From Myxococcota bacterium (GTDB lineage Bacteria > Myxococcota_A > UBA9160 > PR03), in contig JBFIML010000001.1 in assembly GCA_041611735.1 (NCBI GenBank), forward strand, positions 32,001 through 96,000: 64,000 nt of DNA, in the 5' to 3' direction. Made by a program: the position numbers and the translations under genes. Positions within the stretch are counted from its first letter, which is position 1. Every line of letters begins with the position of its first letter. Under the pieces are notes generated by a model. That model was not told where the DNA came from, did not search any database, and worked only from the letters and a program-made list of their open reading frames with translations. Shown in pieces: positions 41,818 through 51,405 of the stretch.

Positions 41818-42096
41818 GAAGCTCCCACGGCGAATCTAGCCCTCGGCCTCGCCCCCGTCGCCGCCCGTCTTGCCGGTCCGCGATCCGTAGCTGTGCCTCC
41901 CTGATGCGAAGTTAGGGGCCGGGAGCCCGCGCGCGCGGGTCCCATCCCCTTCCGCCTTCTCGGGGATCTCCCCGCCCCTCGGCCTCGCGACCCAACCGCC
42001 GATTATTGCTCAAGAAATCCCGCCGTCGGACGAACCACACGGAGCAAGCGCGAACGGTCGCGGCAAGGGCCGGTCTGGCGGAGGGAGTGCGACGGC

Positions 42097-42354
42097 ATGG
42101 AAACCAAGGGGCAGGCGCGGGCGCGCAGGAACCGCGTTCGGGAGCTGCGGGAGAACCGGCTCATGACCCAGGCGCAGCTCGCGCGCAAGGCGAAGGTTGC
42201 GCTCCGCACCATCCACAGCGTCGAGAAGGGCATGAACTGCCGCATGGACACGAAGCGCAAGATCCTGCTGGCCCTGGGCATGCGCTTCGAGGACAAGGAC
42301 TACGTGTTCCCGCCCGAGTCCGCCACCGAATCCTTCGCGCCGACGGCCCACTAG
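42097..42354 (+). CDS. XRE-family helix-turn-helix protein
   Basis: NRVRELRE...TQAQLARKA.V..RTI..VEKG; GGAGGG upstream. Confidence 0.88.
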   Translation: METKGQARARRNRVRELRENRLMTQAQLARKAKVALRTIHSVEKGMNCRMDTKRKILLALGMRFEDKDYVFPPESATESFAPTAH

Positions 42355-42396
42355 CTCCCCACGGAAGCCTCCTCCTTCTCGGGTAACATCTCCCGC

Positions 42397-44820
42397 GTGC
42401 CGGGACGGAGCCCTCGAGGGCCCCGGGAGGGGGAGACCATTTCGGAGCGCGTCACCCTGCTCGCCGACGTCGCCGGGATCGTCTCGCGGTCCCACGACCT
42501 GCGCGAGACCCTCGACAACGTGGTCGAGCTCGTCGCCCGACGGCTCGAGGCCGATGCGTGCTCGCTCTACCTGGCCGAGCCCGACCTGGGGCGCCTCACG
42601 TTGCGCGCGACGAAGGGCCTCGCCCCGGAGGCGGTGGGTCGCGTCGGCCTCGCGCTCGGGGAGGGGCTGGTGGGGCTCGTCGCCAAGCGGCGCGAGCCGA
42701 TCGCCTGCGAGCGGGCCCGCGAGCATCCCGCCTTCCGCTACCTGCCGCAGACCGGGGAGGATCGCTTCGAGTCGCTCATGGCGGCTCCCCTGCTCGTGCG
42801 CGAAGCGACCATCGGAGTGCTCGTGGTTCAGACCGAGCGTCCGCACCGCTTCGAGCCCGCCGACGTCCAGCTGCTGCAGACGTGCGCCCAGCTGATCGCG
42901 CCGGTCGTGCTGAACGCGATCCTGCTCAGCCTGGTCGGGGGCAGCGATTCCCAGCGTCAGCGCTTCGTGACCGAGCTGGCCCGGGCCGGAATCCCGATCG
43001 CCGGCTTCGAGAGCCAGCGCCGGCCCGAGCGAAACGTGGAGCTGCGGGGCCTCCCGACCTCCCCGGGCATCGCCATCGGGCCCGTGCGGCGCCTGGACGA
43101 CCCGGCGGACCTGGAGGAGGTCGCCTACGTGCCCCGCCAGGACCTGGTCGAGGAGTGGCAGGCCCTGCGCGACGTGCTGGTCGAGGCGCGCTACGACCTC
43201 GACGCGGCGCGTGCCGTGGCTGGGAGCCGCTTCGGACCGGAGTTCGCCGCCGTCTTCAACACCCACATCCAGATGCTCGAGGACAAGGGCTTCGTGGGCC
43301 GGCTCGAGGTTGCGGTGCGGGGCACGGGCAACGCCGTGGAGGCGGTCCGGCGCGTGGTGGACGAGTACCGCCGGCTGTTCGACCGCATCGAGGATCCCTA
43401 CTTCCGGGAGCGCGGCATCGACGTGGACGACGTGGGCCGGCGGCTGCTCGCGAAGCTGCTCGGCTTCGGCGACCGCAGCGTCTCGCTCGAGCCGGGGGTC
43501 GTGCTGGTCACCTCGGTCATCCTTCCGGCCCACTTCACGCTGCCCGACATGGAGAAGGTGGCGGCGATCGTGGCCGAGCACGGCGGCGCCACCTCCCACG
43601 GGGCGATCTTCGCCCGCACGCTGGAGATCCCGGCGGTGACGGGCGTGGCGGGTCTGATGGCTGCGGTGCGTTCCGGCGAGACCGCCGTGGTGGACGGCGC
43701 CGCGGGGCGCATCTACCTCTCGCCGGACGAGGCCCTGCTCGCCGAGTATCGCGGTGCCCGGGAGCGCTACGAGATCGCGGTGGAGCACCTCGACGCCCTT
43801 CGCCACCGGCCCGCGGAGACTCGCGACGGTCGCTGCATCGCCCTGACGGCGAACGTGGGCCTGCTCGCCGACCTGCACCTGGTGGAGCGTCACGGAGCCG
43901 AGGGCATCGGGCTGTTCCGCACCGAGCTCCTGGCTCTCGCCCACCGCGGCATCCCCGACGAGGAGGAGCAGGAGAAGCTCTACGAGCGGGTGGCCCGGGC
44001 CGTGGCGCCGCACAACGTCACGATCCGCACCCTCGACCTGGGTGGGGACAAGGCGATCCCCGATCTCGGCTTCGGAGAGGAGGAGAATCCGCAGCTCGGC
44101 TGGCGCTCGATCCGCTTCTCGCTCGCCCACGAGGACGGCTTCCGGGCCCAGCTCCGGGCCATCCTGCGCGCCAGCGCGGGAGGCAACGTCTCCCTGTTGC
44201 TGCCCATGATCAGTTCCCTGGGTGAGTACCGGCGCGCCCGGCAGCTGATCGCGGAGACCCAGGAGGAGCTGGCGCGGCGGGAAGTGCCCTTCGACCGCCA
44301 GCTCCCGGTGGGAGTGATGATCGAGGTACCCTCGGCGGCCCTGATCGCCGAGACGCTGGCGCGAGAGTGCGACTTCTTCAGCATCGGGACCAACGACCTC
44401 ACCCAGTACACCCTGGCCGTGGACCGCGGCAACGAGCGTGTCGCCCACCTGTTCGACCCGTTGCATCCCGCCGTGCTGCTGTTGATCGACCGCAGCGTGC
44501 GGGCGGCCAACCGCATCGGGATCCCGGTGAGCGTGTGTGGGGAAATGGCCAGCAACCCGCTGGCGGTGCCGTTGCTGGTCGGGCTCGGCATCGCCGAGCT
44601 CTCCGGCACTCCGGCGGCCGTCCCCGTCATCAAGGAGATCGTGCGTGCGCTCGACGCTTCCTTGGTGGCCGAGGACGCGCGCCGGGCCCTCGCCGCCGGG
44701 ACGGTGCAGGAAGTGCGGGCCATCGCCGCGGAACGGCTGCGCCAGGCGGGCCTGTTCGATCACCCGGACATCGGCGGCTGGCTGCGCTCGATCGTGGAGC
44801 GCTACGCCGAGCCGGGCTGA
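42397..44820 (+). CDS. ptsP: PEP-protein phosphotransferase with GAF domain (EI-Ntr)
   Basis: N-terminal GAF; TSH phospho-His, GLFRTE, RTLDLGGDK, MIEVP, SIGTNDL, CGEMA; start uncertain. Confidence 0.93.
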   Translation: MPGRSPRGPREGETISERVTLLADVAGIVSRSHDLRETLDNVVELVARRLEADACSLYLAEPDLGRLTLRATKGLAPEAVGRVGLALGEGLVGLVAKRREPIACERAREHPAFRYLPQTGEDRFESLMAAPLLVREATIGVLVVQTERPHRFEPADVQLLQTCAQLIAPVVLNAILLSLVGGSDSQRQRFVTELARAGIPIAGFESQRRPERNVELRGLPTSPGIAIGPVRRLDDPADLEEVAYVPRQDLVEEWQALRDVLVEARYDLDAARAVAGSRFGPEFAAVFNTHIQMLEDKGFVGRLEVAVRGTGNAVEAVRRVVDEYRRLFDRIEDPYFRERGIDVDDVGRRLLAKLLGFGDRSVSLEPGVVLVTSVILPAHFTLPDMEKVAAIVAEHGGATSHGAIFARTLEIPAVTGVAGLMAAVRSGETAVVDGAAGRIYLSPDEALLAEYRGARERYEIAVEHLDALRHRPAETRDGRCIALTANVGLLADLHLVERHGAEGIGLFRTELLALAHRGIPDEEEQEKLYERVARAVAPHNVTIRTLDLGGDKAIPDLGFGEEENPQLGWRSIRFSLAHEDGFRAQLRAILRASAGGNVSLLLPMISSLGEYRRARQLIAETQEELARREVPFDRQLPVGVMIEVPSAALIAETLARECDFFSIGTNDLTQYTLAVDRGNERVAHLFDPLHPAVLLLIDRSVRAANRIGIPVSVCGEMASNPLAVPLLVGLGIAELSGTPAAVPVIKEIVRALDASLVAEDARRALAAGTVQEVRAIAAERLRQAGLFDHPDIGGWLRSIVERYAEPG

Positions 44821-45503
44821 ACCCGCCCTTCGGGTGCCAGGTCGGCGACCACGGCGCTGTGATCGCTGCCCGGCACCGCCACCACCTCGATCCGCTCCAC
44901 CTCCAGCCGGCCGATCAGCACGTGGTCGATGCGCAGCAGCCGCGGCCCACGGGCTCCGGGGCCCCAGGTGCGCCCGCGTGCGCCGCCAGCCACGTGCGCC
45001 GCGTCCGCCAGGCGGCGGGCCAGCCGGCGGTAGGCAGGCCAGAGGGGAGTCGCGTTCAGGTCCCCAGCCAGCGCCCGCGAGACTTCGGGGGCGGTCTCCA
45101 GGTAGGCGGCCAGCGCCCGCACCTGGTGACGGCGCAGGGCCAGGCTGCGCCACGGCGGCCACAGGTGCGGCGCAGTCAGGTGCACGTTCAGGATCTCCAG
45201 GGGGCCGGGGAGCGCAGGCCACGCACTCGGGTCCAGGCGCGCGATGCGGGCCGGGCGGTCCGGCAGCGGCAGCCGGTCGAGCTCTCCGGGGTGGCGCAGG
45301 GCGAAACCCATGCCGCTGTGGTCGCAGGCGGGCTCCACGCGTCCGTGGGGGAGCACGCGCTCGAGCTCCCGCGCCTGTTCGGGGGTGATCTCCTGGACGG
45401 CCACCACGTCGGCCTCCAACCGCTGCACGAGCTCCGCAAAGCCCTTCGCATCGGCCCGCCCGTTCCACAGGTTCGCGGTCAGCAGTCGCACGGATCCGCC
45501 CAC
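44802..45503 (-). CDS. Endonuclease/exonuclease/phosphatase family protein
   Basis: TAN, QE, GDLNA, IDH, SDH. Confidence 0.88.
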   Translation of the reverse strand: MGGSVRLLTANLWNGRADAKGFAELVQRLEADVVAVQEITPEQARELERVLPHGRVEPACDHSGMGFALRHPGELDRLPLPDRPARIARLDPSAWPALPGPLEILNVHLTAPHLWPPWRSLALRRHQVRALAAYLETAPEVSRALAGDLNATPLWPAYRRLARRLADAAHVAGGARGRTWGPGARGPRLLRIDHVLIGRLEVERIEVVAVPGSDHSAVVADLAPEGRVQPGSA

Positions 45504-46208
45504 CTAGACTCCTCCTCCCGGCCTGTCTTCCAACGGACGCGCGGGCGCGTGCCTTGAGACCACCGCCTCGGCTTGCGCGTCCAGGCGGTCCAGCTCGCGC
45601 TCCAGCGCCAGGAGCTGCTGGTCGAGCTGCTGCCTGGAGGCCTCGCGAGGCACCTGGAGCGGAGGGCCGAACACCGCCGCCACCCGCGCAAAGGGAAGCG
45701 GCAGCGAGACCCGGTCCCAGCTGCCGAAGCGAAGCGCCGGCCGGGCCGCCAGTCCCAGCGGCCACAGGGGCACGCCCGTGGCCCGGGCGGCGGCGAGCAC
45801 GCCCGGCTTGGCGCGCCGGGCCGGGCCGCGCGGACCGTCGCACAGGACGCCCACCGACTGCCCGCTGCGCACGGCGCGGATCATGCCGGCCAGGGCCTCG
45901 CGGCCGCCTCGCGAGCTGGAGCCCCGAGGCGGAGGCCCGAACCCGAGGCGGTCGAGCACCGCGGCGATGCGCTCGCCATCCCGGCTGCGGCTCACCGGCA
46001 CGATCGCCTGGCGGTCCCGGAACGCCCAGGCGGCCACGAAGAGCCCCCGATGCCACAGCGCCGCCACGAACGGCTGGCCGCCAGCGAAGGGGTCTCCACC
46101 CGCCACCCGCAGCCTCCAGGTGGCTCCGAGCGCGCGCAGCAGCCCCGCCATCAGGGCAGCGAGCAGCCGGGTTGCGAGATCTGGCTCCCGGGAGCGGGCG
46201 TCTTCCAT
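45504..46208 (-). CDS. DUF374 lysophospholipid acyltransferase-family protein
   Basis: LWH, S.SRDG, RGSSSRGG, DGPRGP, WD...PLPF. Confidence 0.88.
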   Translation of the reverse strand: MEDARSREPDLATRLLAALMAGLLRALGATWRLRVAGGDPFAGGQPFVAALWHRGLFVAAWAFRDRQAIVPVSRSRDGERIAAVLDRLGFGPPPRGSSSRGGREALAGMIRAVRSGQSVGVLCDGPRGPARRAKPGVLAAARATGVPLWPLGLAARPALRFGSWDRVSLPLPFARVAAVFGPPLQVPREASRQQLDQQLLALERELDRLDAQAEAVVSRHAPARPLEDRPGGGV

Positions 46209-46231
46209 GGGGCGCCGAGGGTAGCGCGCGC

Positions 46232-47110
46232 TCAGGCCTGCAACGCGATCAACGCGACCCCGAGCACGATCGCGAGCGAGCCCGCCAGCCGTGCCCCGGG
46301 TGGACGCTCCCGCAGCCAGACCACCGCCAGCAGCGCGGCGAACAGCACGCTCGTCTGGCGCACCGCCACCACGTAGCTCACCGCCGCGGTGCGCAACGCC
46401 TGGAGGATGAGCGTATAGCCCACGAACGAGACCGCCGCGGCGGCAACCACCGCCCAGAGCTCGCTGGCAGCGGTGGCGGCCAGCGCGCCCGGCGCCAGGC
46501 GAGCCCGCGCCAGGGGGAGGAAGCAGAGCGCGCTGCCCGTGTGGATCAGGAAGTAGAGGGCGATGGCGACGGGAAGCGCGCTGGGCCACGGCTCCGCCTC
46601 GAGTCGCGCCATCAGCCCCTTGTCGAGCAGCGAGTAGGCGACGCTGGCAGCGAGCGTGAGCCAGGCCCACCCCGTCCCCCGCGTGGCCAGCCGCCGCCAG
46701 CGCAGGCCCCCCCCCTGCAGCGCCCACAGGCCGACCACCACCAGGGCGATGCCGAGCGCGCCGTCGAGCGAGATGGACTCGCCCAGCCAGGGCACCGCCA
46801 GGAGCGGCAGGAAGGCCGGAGCGGAGCGGGTGATCGGATACACCAGGGTGAGGTCGGCCGTCTCGACGGCGCGCGTCAGCCAGTGGAAGTAGAGGCCGTG
46901 GGCCACGGCCGTCGCCGCCAGAAACCCCCACACCTCCGGCGCCAGCTCGGCCAGGGGCAGCCACGGAAGCAGGACGACCGTCATCGGCAGCGTCACCGCG
47001 ACCTGCAGCACGTTGAAGGCGAGTGGGTCGCGGCTCCGTTTCATGGAGACGCTCCAGGCCGCGTGGAGCAGCGCGGAGGCGAGCACGAGCGCGAGCACGA
47101 CCGGGCTCAC
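46232..47110 (-). CDS. EamA/DMT transporter
   Basis: SALLHA.W, VYP..R, about 10 TMs, R.TSV.F...L.E. Confidence 0.88.
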   Translation of the reverse strand: MSPVVLALVLASALLHAAWSVSMKRSRDPLAFNVLQVAVTLPMTVVLLPWLPLAELAPEVWGFLAATAVAHGLYFHWLTRAVETADLTLVYPITRSAPAFLPLLAVPWLGESISLDGALGIALVVVGLWALQGGGLRWRRLATRGTGWAWLTLAASVAYSLLDKGLMARLEAEPWPSALPVAIALYFLIHTGSALCFLPLARARLAPGALAATAASELWAVVAAAAVSFVGYTLILQALRTAAVSYVVAVRQTSVLFAALLAVVWLRERPPGARLAGSLAIVLGVALIALQA

Positions 47111-47141
47111 GCACGCCCCTCGTCCGCGATGCCGCCGACGA

Positions 47142-47666
47142 TCAGCCTTCCCGGTTCGCGCGGTCGGCGCGCGGTCGGCTCCACCACAGCAGGTAGCCCG
47201 CCATCACCCCGGCCGAGAGCAGGTTCGCCGCCAGCACGACGCCCGAGGCCAGCGCGCCCAGCACCCCGGGCATGAATGCGATCGTGAAGGCGATGAAGCC
47301 CGCCTCGAAGAAGACGAACAGCAGCAGCAGGAGCAGGCCGAAGGAAGGGTTCTTCTCGAACTGCGCCACCATGTAGGCCGCCGCCAGCCCGATCACCACG
47401 AAGACCAGCAGGTGAACGCCCGTGTAGGCCAACGCCATGGGGAGGTCCACGCCCTGCACGCTCTCGAAGCTCTTGCCCTGGAAGAGGGCGCTGCCCAGCA
47501 GCGAAGGGGTGAAGAGTGGTTGTCCCTCGAAGGCGTCCACCCCCAGGAACAGCACCGCCACCGCGAGCCCCCCCAGCAAGCCCGCGAAGATCCCGTCCAC
47601 GGCCGCGTGGGAGGTCCTCGCAGCGTCCGCTCCCGACGCCTGCGTGGTCTCCTCGAGGCTCGCCAT
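47142..47666 (-). CDS. Hypothetical 4-TM membrane protein
   Basis: GAGGAGG RBS; hydrophobic segments, TP..LG..LF, Y..VH. Confidence 0.75.
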   Translation of the reverse strand: MASLEETTQASGADAARTSHAAVDGIFAGLLGGLAVAVLFLGVDAFEGQPLFTPSLLGSALFQGKSFESVQGVDLPMALAYTGVHLLVFVVIGLAAAYMVAQFEKNPSFGLLLLLLFVFFEAGFIAFTIAFMPGVLGALASGVVLAANLLSAGVMAGYLLWWSRPRADRANREG

Positions 47667-47695
47667 GAGAGCCACCTCCTCGCCCGTCCGAGTGC

Positions 47696-50335
47696 CTAGA
47701 CCACCACGTTCACCAGGCGTCCAGGCACGACGATCACCTTGCGCGGCTTCCGGCCGTCCAGATGGCGGCGCACCCGGTCCGAGCCGAGCGCCGCGGCGCA
47801 CACCTGCTCCTCGCTGGCGTCCTTCGGCACCGTCACCTCGTCGCGACGCTTTCCGTTCACCTGTACCACGATCGAGACCTCCTCGGTCTCCAGGAGCGCC
47901 GCATCCGCCTGGGGCCACGGCGTCCAGGCGATCGACTCCTCGTGTCCGAGGCGCCGCCAGAGCTCCTCGGCCACGTGCGGGGCGAAGGGCGCCAGGAGCT
48001 TCACCAGGGTCTCCGCCGCCTCGCGCGGCAGGGGCGCGTCGCGGGCCAGGTCCCGGGCCATCACCATGAGCTTGGAGATGGCCGTGTTGAACTGGAGGGC
48101 CTCGATGTCGTCGGTCACGCCCTGCACGCCGCGTGCCACGAGCCGGGCCTGCTCGGGCGTTCCCGCACCCGGCTCGAGCTGGCGCAGGGGCTCGCCCTCC
48201 GCCTCCTCGTCCAGGAGCAGGCGCCACACGCGCTGGAGGAAGCGGTGGACGCCCTGGATTCCGTCGATCGACCACGGCGCGTCCTTCTCGAGGGGGCCCA
48301 GGAACATCTCGTAGAGGCGCATGGAGTCCGCTCCGTACTGGCGGACCACGTCGTCGGGGTTGACCACGTTGCCCCGGCTCTTCGACATCTTCTCCACCAC
48401 CTCCTCCAGCTCGACCTCGAGGGTGGGGTGGAGGGGTCGCCCGTCCGGCGCGCGCCGCACCGCCTGGAGCGGGACCCAACGCGCCCTGAGCTCGCGCCCG
48501 TCCTCCCGGGCCACGATCCGCTCCGCCTCCTGGCTCACCTCGCGGAAGGAGTACACGCGCGGCTTCGCAACAGCGCGGTCCTGCGTGTCGTCGTCGAAGT
48601 AGCGGTAGCTGTAGCCGAGGATCATGCCCTGGTGGATCAGGCGCTGGAAGGGCTCCGGCGTGTGCACGAGCCCGAGGTCGTGGAGCACCTTGTGCCAGAA
48701 GCGCGCGTAGAGCAGGTGCAGAACGGCGTGCTCGGAGCCCCCCACGTAGAGGTCCACCGGCATCCAGTAGCGCTCGGCCTCGCGGGACCAGCCCTCCTCC
48801 CGGTTGTCCGGATCGCAGAAGCGCAGGTAGTACCAGCAGCTCCCCGCCCATTGGGGCATGGTGTTGCGGTCTCGCCGGGCCGGCTGGCCCGTCTCCGGGT
48901 CTCGGGTCTGCATCCACCCGGGGGCGCGCTCGAGCGGAGTGCGGTCGTCGCCGGTCGGACGGAAATCATCGAGCTCGGGCAGCTCCACGGGAAGCTCCGA
49001 ATCGGGCACCGGCTTCACGCTTGCGTCCGGGAGGTGGAGCACCGGGAAGGGCTCGCCCCAGTAGCGCTGGCGGCTGAACAGCCAGTCGCGCAGCTTGTAG
49101 GTGACCGCCCCCTCGCCGTGGGCCTGCTCGGCGAGCCACTCGGTCATGCGGCGCCGGGCCTCGGGCGTGGCCAGCCCGTCCAGGAAGGCCGAGTTGACGT
49201 TCACGCCCTCGCCCACGAAGGGCAGCCCCCCGTCGTGGCCCGTGGGCGCGTCCACCACCCGCACGATGGGCAGGCTGAAGGCCTTGGCGAATTCGTGATC
49301 GCGCTCGTCGTGGGCCGGCACCGCCATGATCGCGCCGGTGCCATAGGTGGCGAGCACGTAGTCGGCGATCCAGATCGGGATGCGCTTGCCCGTGCAGGGG
49401 TTCAGGGCGAACCCGCCGGTATCGACGCCGGTCTTCTCGCGCGTCTCGGCCAGGCGCGCCCGTTCGCTCTTGCGCCGGGCCTCCTCCGCGTACTTCCGCA
49501 CCGCCTCGCGCCGGTCCGGGGCCGTGACCTTCTCCACCAACGGGTGCTCCGGCGCCAGCACCATGTAGGTGGCGCCGAACAGCGTGTCGGGCCTCGTGGT
49601 GAAGACTTCGATCGAGAGCTTGTCGTGTCCGACCACTGGAAAGCGCACTCGCGCCCCCTCGCTGCGGCCGATCCATTCGCGCTGCATCTTCTTGGTCGAC
49701 TCGGGCCAGTCGAGGTCGTCCAGGTTCTCCAGCAGCCGTTCGGCGTACTCGGTGATGCGCAGCATCCATTGGCGCATGGGCATCCGCACCACGGGGTGTC
49801 CGCCCCGCTCGCTCTTGCCGTCGATCACCTCCTCGTTGGCGAGCACCGTGCCCAGGGCAGGGCACCAGTTCACCGCCACCTCGGCCTCGTAGGCCAGCCC
49901 GCGCTCCATCAGCTGGAGGAAGATCCATTGGGTCCAGCGGTAGTAGCCTGGATCGGTGGTATCGATCTCCCGCGACCAGTCGTAGCTGAAGCCCAACGAC
50001 TCGAGCTGCCGCCGGAAGTTCTTGATGTTGCGTCCCGTGGTCTCGCGCGGGTGTGTGCCCGTCTCGATGGCGTACTGCTCCGCCGGCAGGCCGAAGGCGT
50101 CCCAGCCCATGGGGTGCAGCACGTTGAAGCCGCGCATGCGCTTGTAACGTGCCACGATGTCGGTGGCGGTGTACCCCTCGACGTGGCCGACGTGGAGCCC
50201 GTCGCCGGAGGGGTAGGGAAACATGTCGAGCACGTAGAACTTGGGCTTGCGGGGGTCGATCTCGGCGCGGAAGGTCTGGTGTTCCCTCCAATAGGCCTGC
50301 CAACGGGCCTCGATCGCCTGGGGGTCGTAGGGCAT
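47696..50335 (-). CDS. leuS: Leucine--tRNA ligase
   Basis: MFPYPSG.GLHVGH, FTTRPDT, SRQRYWG, KMSKS, QVNGK. Confidence 0.98.
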   Translation of the reverse strand: MPYDPQAIEARWQAYWREHQTFRAEIDPRKPKFYVLDMFPYPSGDGLHVGHVEGYTATDIVARYKRMRGFNVLHPMGWDAFGLPAEQYAIETGTHPRETTGRNIKNFRRQLESLGFSYDWSREIDTTDPGYYRWTQWIFLQLMERGLAYEAEVAVNWCPALGTVLANEEVIDGKSERGGHPVVRMPMRQWMLRITEYAERLLENLDDLDWPESTKKMQREWIGRSEGARVRFPVVGHDKLSIEVFTTRPDTLFGATYMVLAPEHPLVEKVTAPDRREAVRKYAEEARRKSERARLAETREKTGVDTGGFALNPCTGKRIPIWIADYVLATYGTGAIMAVPAHDERDHEFAKAFSLPIVRVVDAPTGHDGGLPFVGEGVNVNSAFLDGLATPEARRRMTEWLAEQAHGEGAVTYKLRDWLFSRQRYWGEPFPVLHLPDASVKPVPDSELPVELPELDDFRPTGDDRTPLERAPGWMQTRDPETGQPARRDRNTMPQWAGSCWYYLRFCDPDNREEGWSREAERYWMPVDLYVGGSEHAVLHLLYARFWHKVLHDLGLVHTPEPFQRLIHQGMILGYSYRYFDDDTQDRAVAKPRVYSFREVSQEAERIVAREDGRELRARWVPLQAVRRAPDGRPLHPTLEVELEEVVEKMSKSRGNVVNPDDVVRQYGADSMRLYEMFLGPLEKDAPWSIDGIQGVHRFLQRVWRLLLDEEAEGEPLRQLEPGAGTPEQARLVARGVQGVTDDIEALQFNTAISKLMVMARDLARDAPLPREAAETLVKLLAPFAPHVAEELWRRLGHEESIAWTPWPQADAALLETEEVSIVVQVNGKRRDEVTVPKDASEEQVCAAALGSDRVRRHLDGRKPRKVIVVPGRLVNVVV

Positions 50336-50436
50336 GCCCGAAGCTTGGCTGAGAGCCCGATCGGCCGCCAGCAGCTCCCGGCGCCGACGTCCGCAGACCG
50401 AGGGGGGGTCGCCTGCCCACGGCAGCTGCGCACGCG

Positions 50437-51396
50437 GTGAAGGACCGCGGCGTGGTCTCGACGGCCTGGTCATCGGCGACCCCCCTCGCGCTCCGGACGG
50501 CTCAAGCGGAGGCCCGCCGCGTCGCCTACGTTCCGTGCGTGCCCGACGAGCCGGCCGAGAACGCAGCCCCGCTCCAGTGGTCGGAGATCTACGTGGTGTC
50601 GGACGGCACCGGCGAGACCGCCTCGGCGGCCGTCCGCGCAGCCATGCTCCAGTTCGAGACCCGTTGGCGTATGCGTACCTTCGGCGACGTGCGGGTCGAG
50701 TCCGACGCCCGGCGGGTGATCGAGGAAGCGGCGCGCAACGGGGCCCTCGTGGTCTTCACGGTGGTGAACAAACGGGTCGCCCGGGAGCTGCGCAGCCGGG
50801 GCGAGGAGCGCGGCGTCGCCACCGTGGACCTCCTGGGTCCCGTGATCTCGAAGATCGCCGAGTACCTGCACGCCGAGCCCCGGCTCCAGCCCGGGCTGCT
50901 GCACGGATTCTCGGACGAATACTTCCGCCGCATCGAGGCCGTGGAGTTCGCGGTGCGCCACGACGATGGAACCAACCCGCACACCCTCTTCCAGGCAGAC
51001 GTCGTGTTGACCGGCCCATCCCGGACCTCCAAGACGCCGCTCTCCATGTATCTGGCCCAGCGCGGCTACAAGACCGGCAACGTCCCCCTCATCCCCAACA
51101 TGGACCCGCCCCGGGAGCTGCTCGAGCTGAATCCGCGCAAGGTGTTCGGTCTCGTGATGAAGCCGGAAGTGCTGGTCACGATCCGCAAGGAGCGGGTCCA
51201 GACGCTCGGGGTGCCCCCCTATCTGCGCTACGCGGACGCCGAAGGCGTCTTCGTCGAGCTGCGGCGTGCGCGGCGACTGTTCCGCGAGCGCGGCTGGCGG
51301 CTGATCGACGTCTCGGGGCGGGCGGTGGAGGAGAACGCCACGCGCATCCTCGAGCTGCACGCGGGGCGCTGGACGGAGCCCTGGCGCCCCGGCTGA
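50437..51396 (+). CDS. Pyruvate,phosphate/water dikinase regulatory protein (DUF299)
   Basis: [17 protein letters not shown]...HDDG, G.SRTSKTP, VEE.A; true start may be downstream. Confidence 0.9.
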   Translation: MKDRGVVSTAWSSATPLALRTAQAEARRVAYVPCVPDEPAENAAPLQWSEIYVVSDGTGETASAAVRAAMLQFETRWRMRTFGDVRVESDARRVIEEAARNGALVVFTVVNKRVARELRSRGEERGVATVDLLGPVISKIAEYLHAEPRLQPGLLHGFSDEYFRRIEAVEFAVRHDDGTNPHTLFQADVVLTGPSRTSKTPLSMYLAQRGYKTGNVPLIPNMDPPRELLELNPRKVFGLVMKPEVLVTIRKERVQTLGVPPYLRYADAEGVFVELRRARRLFRERGWRLIDVSGRAVEENATRILELHAGRWTEPWRPG

Positions 51397-51405
51397 CGTC
51401 GCCGC

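Noticed and set aside
42010-46056. Very long antisense or alternate-frame ORFs (e.g. 42010-46056, 51481-55008, 56123-59428, 47762-50440)
   Set aside because: Expected stop-poor shadows of real genes (ptsP, MMPL, aguA/esterase, leuS) in high-GC DNA.
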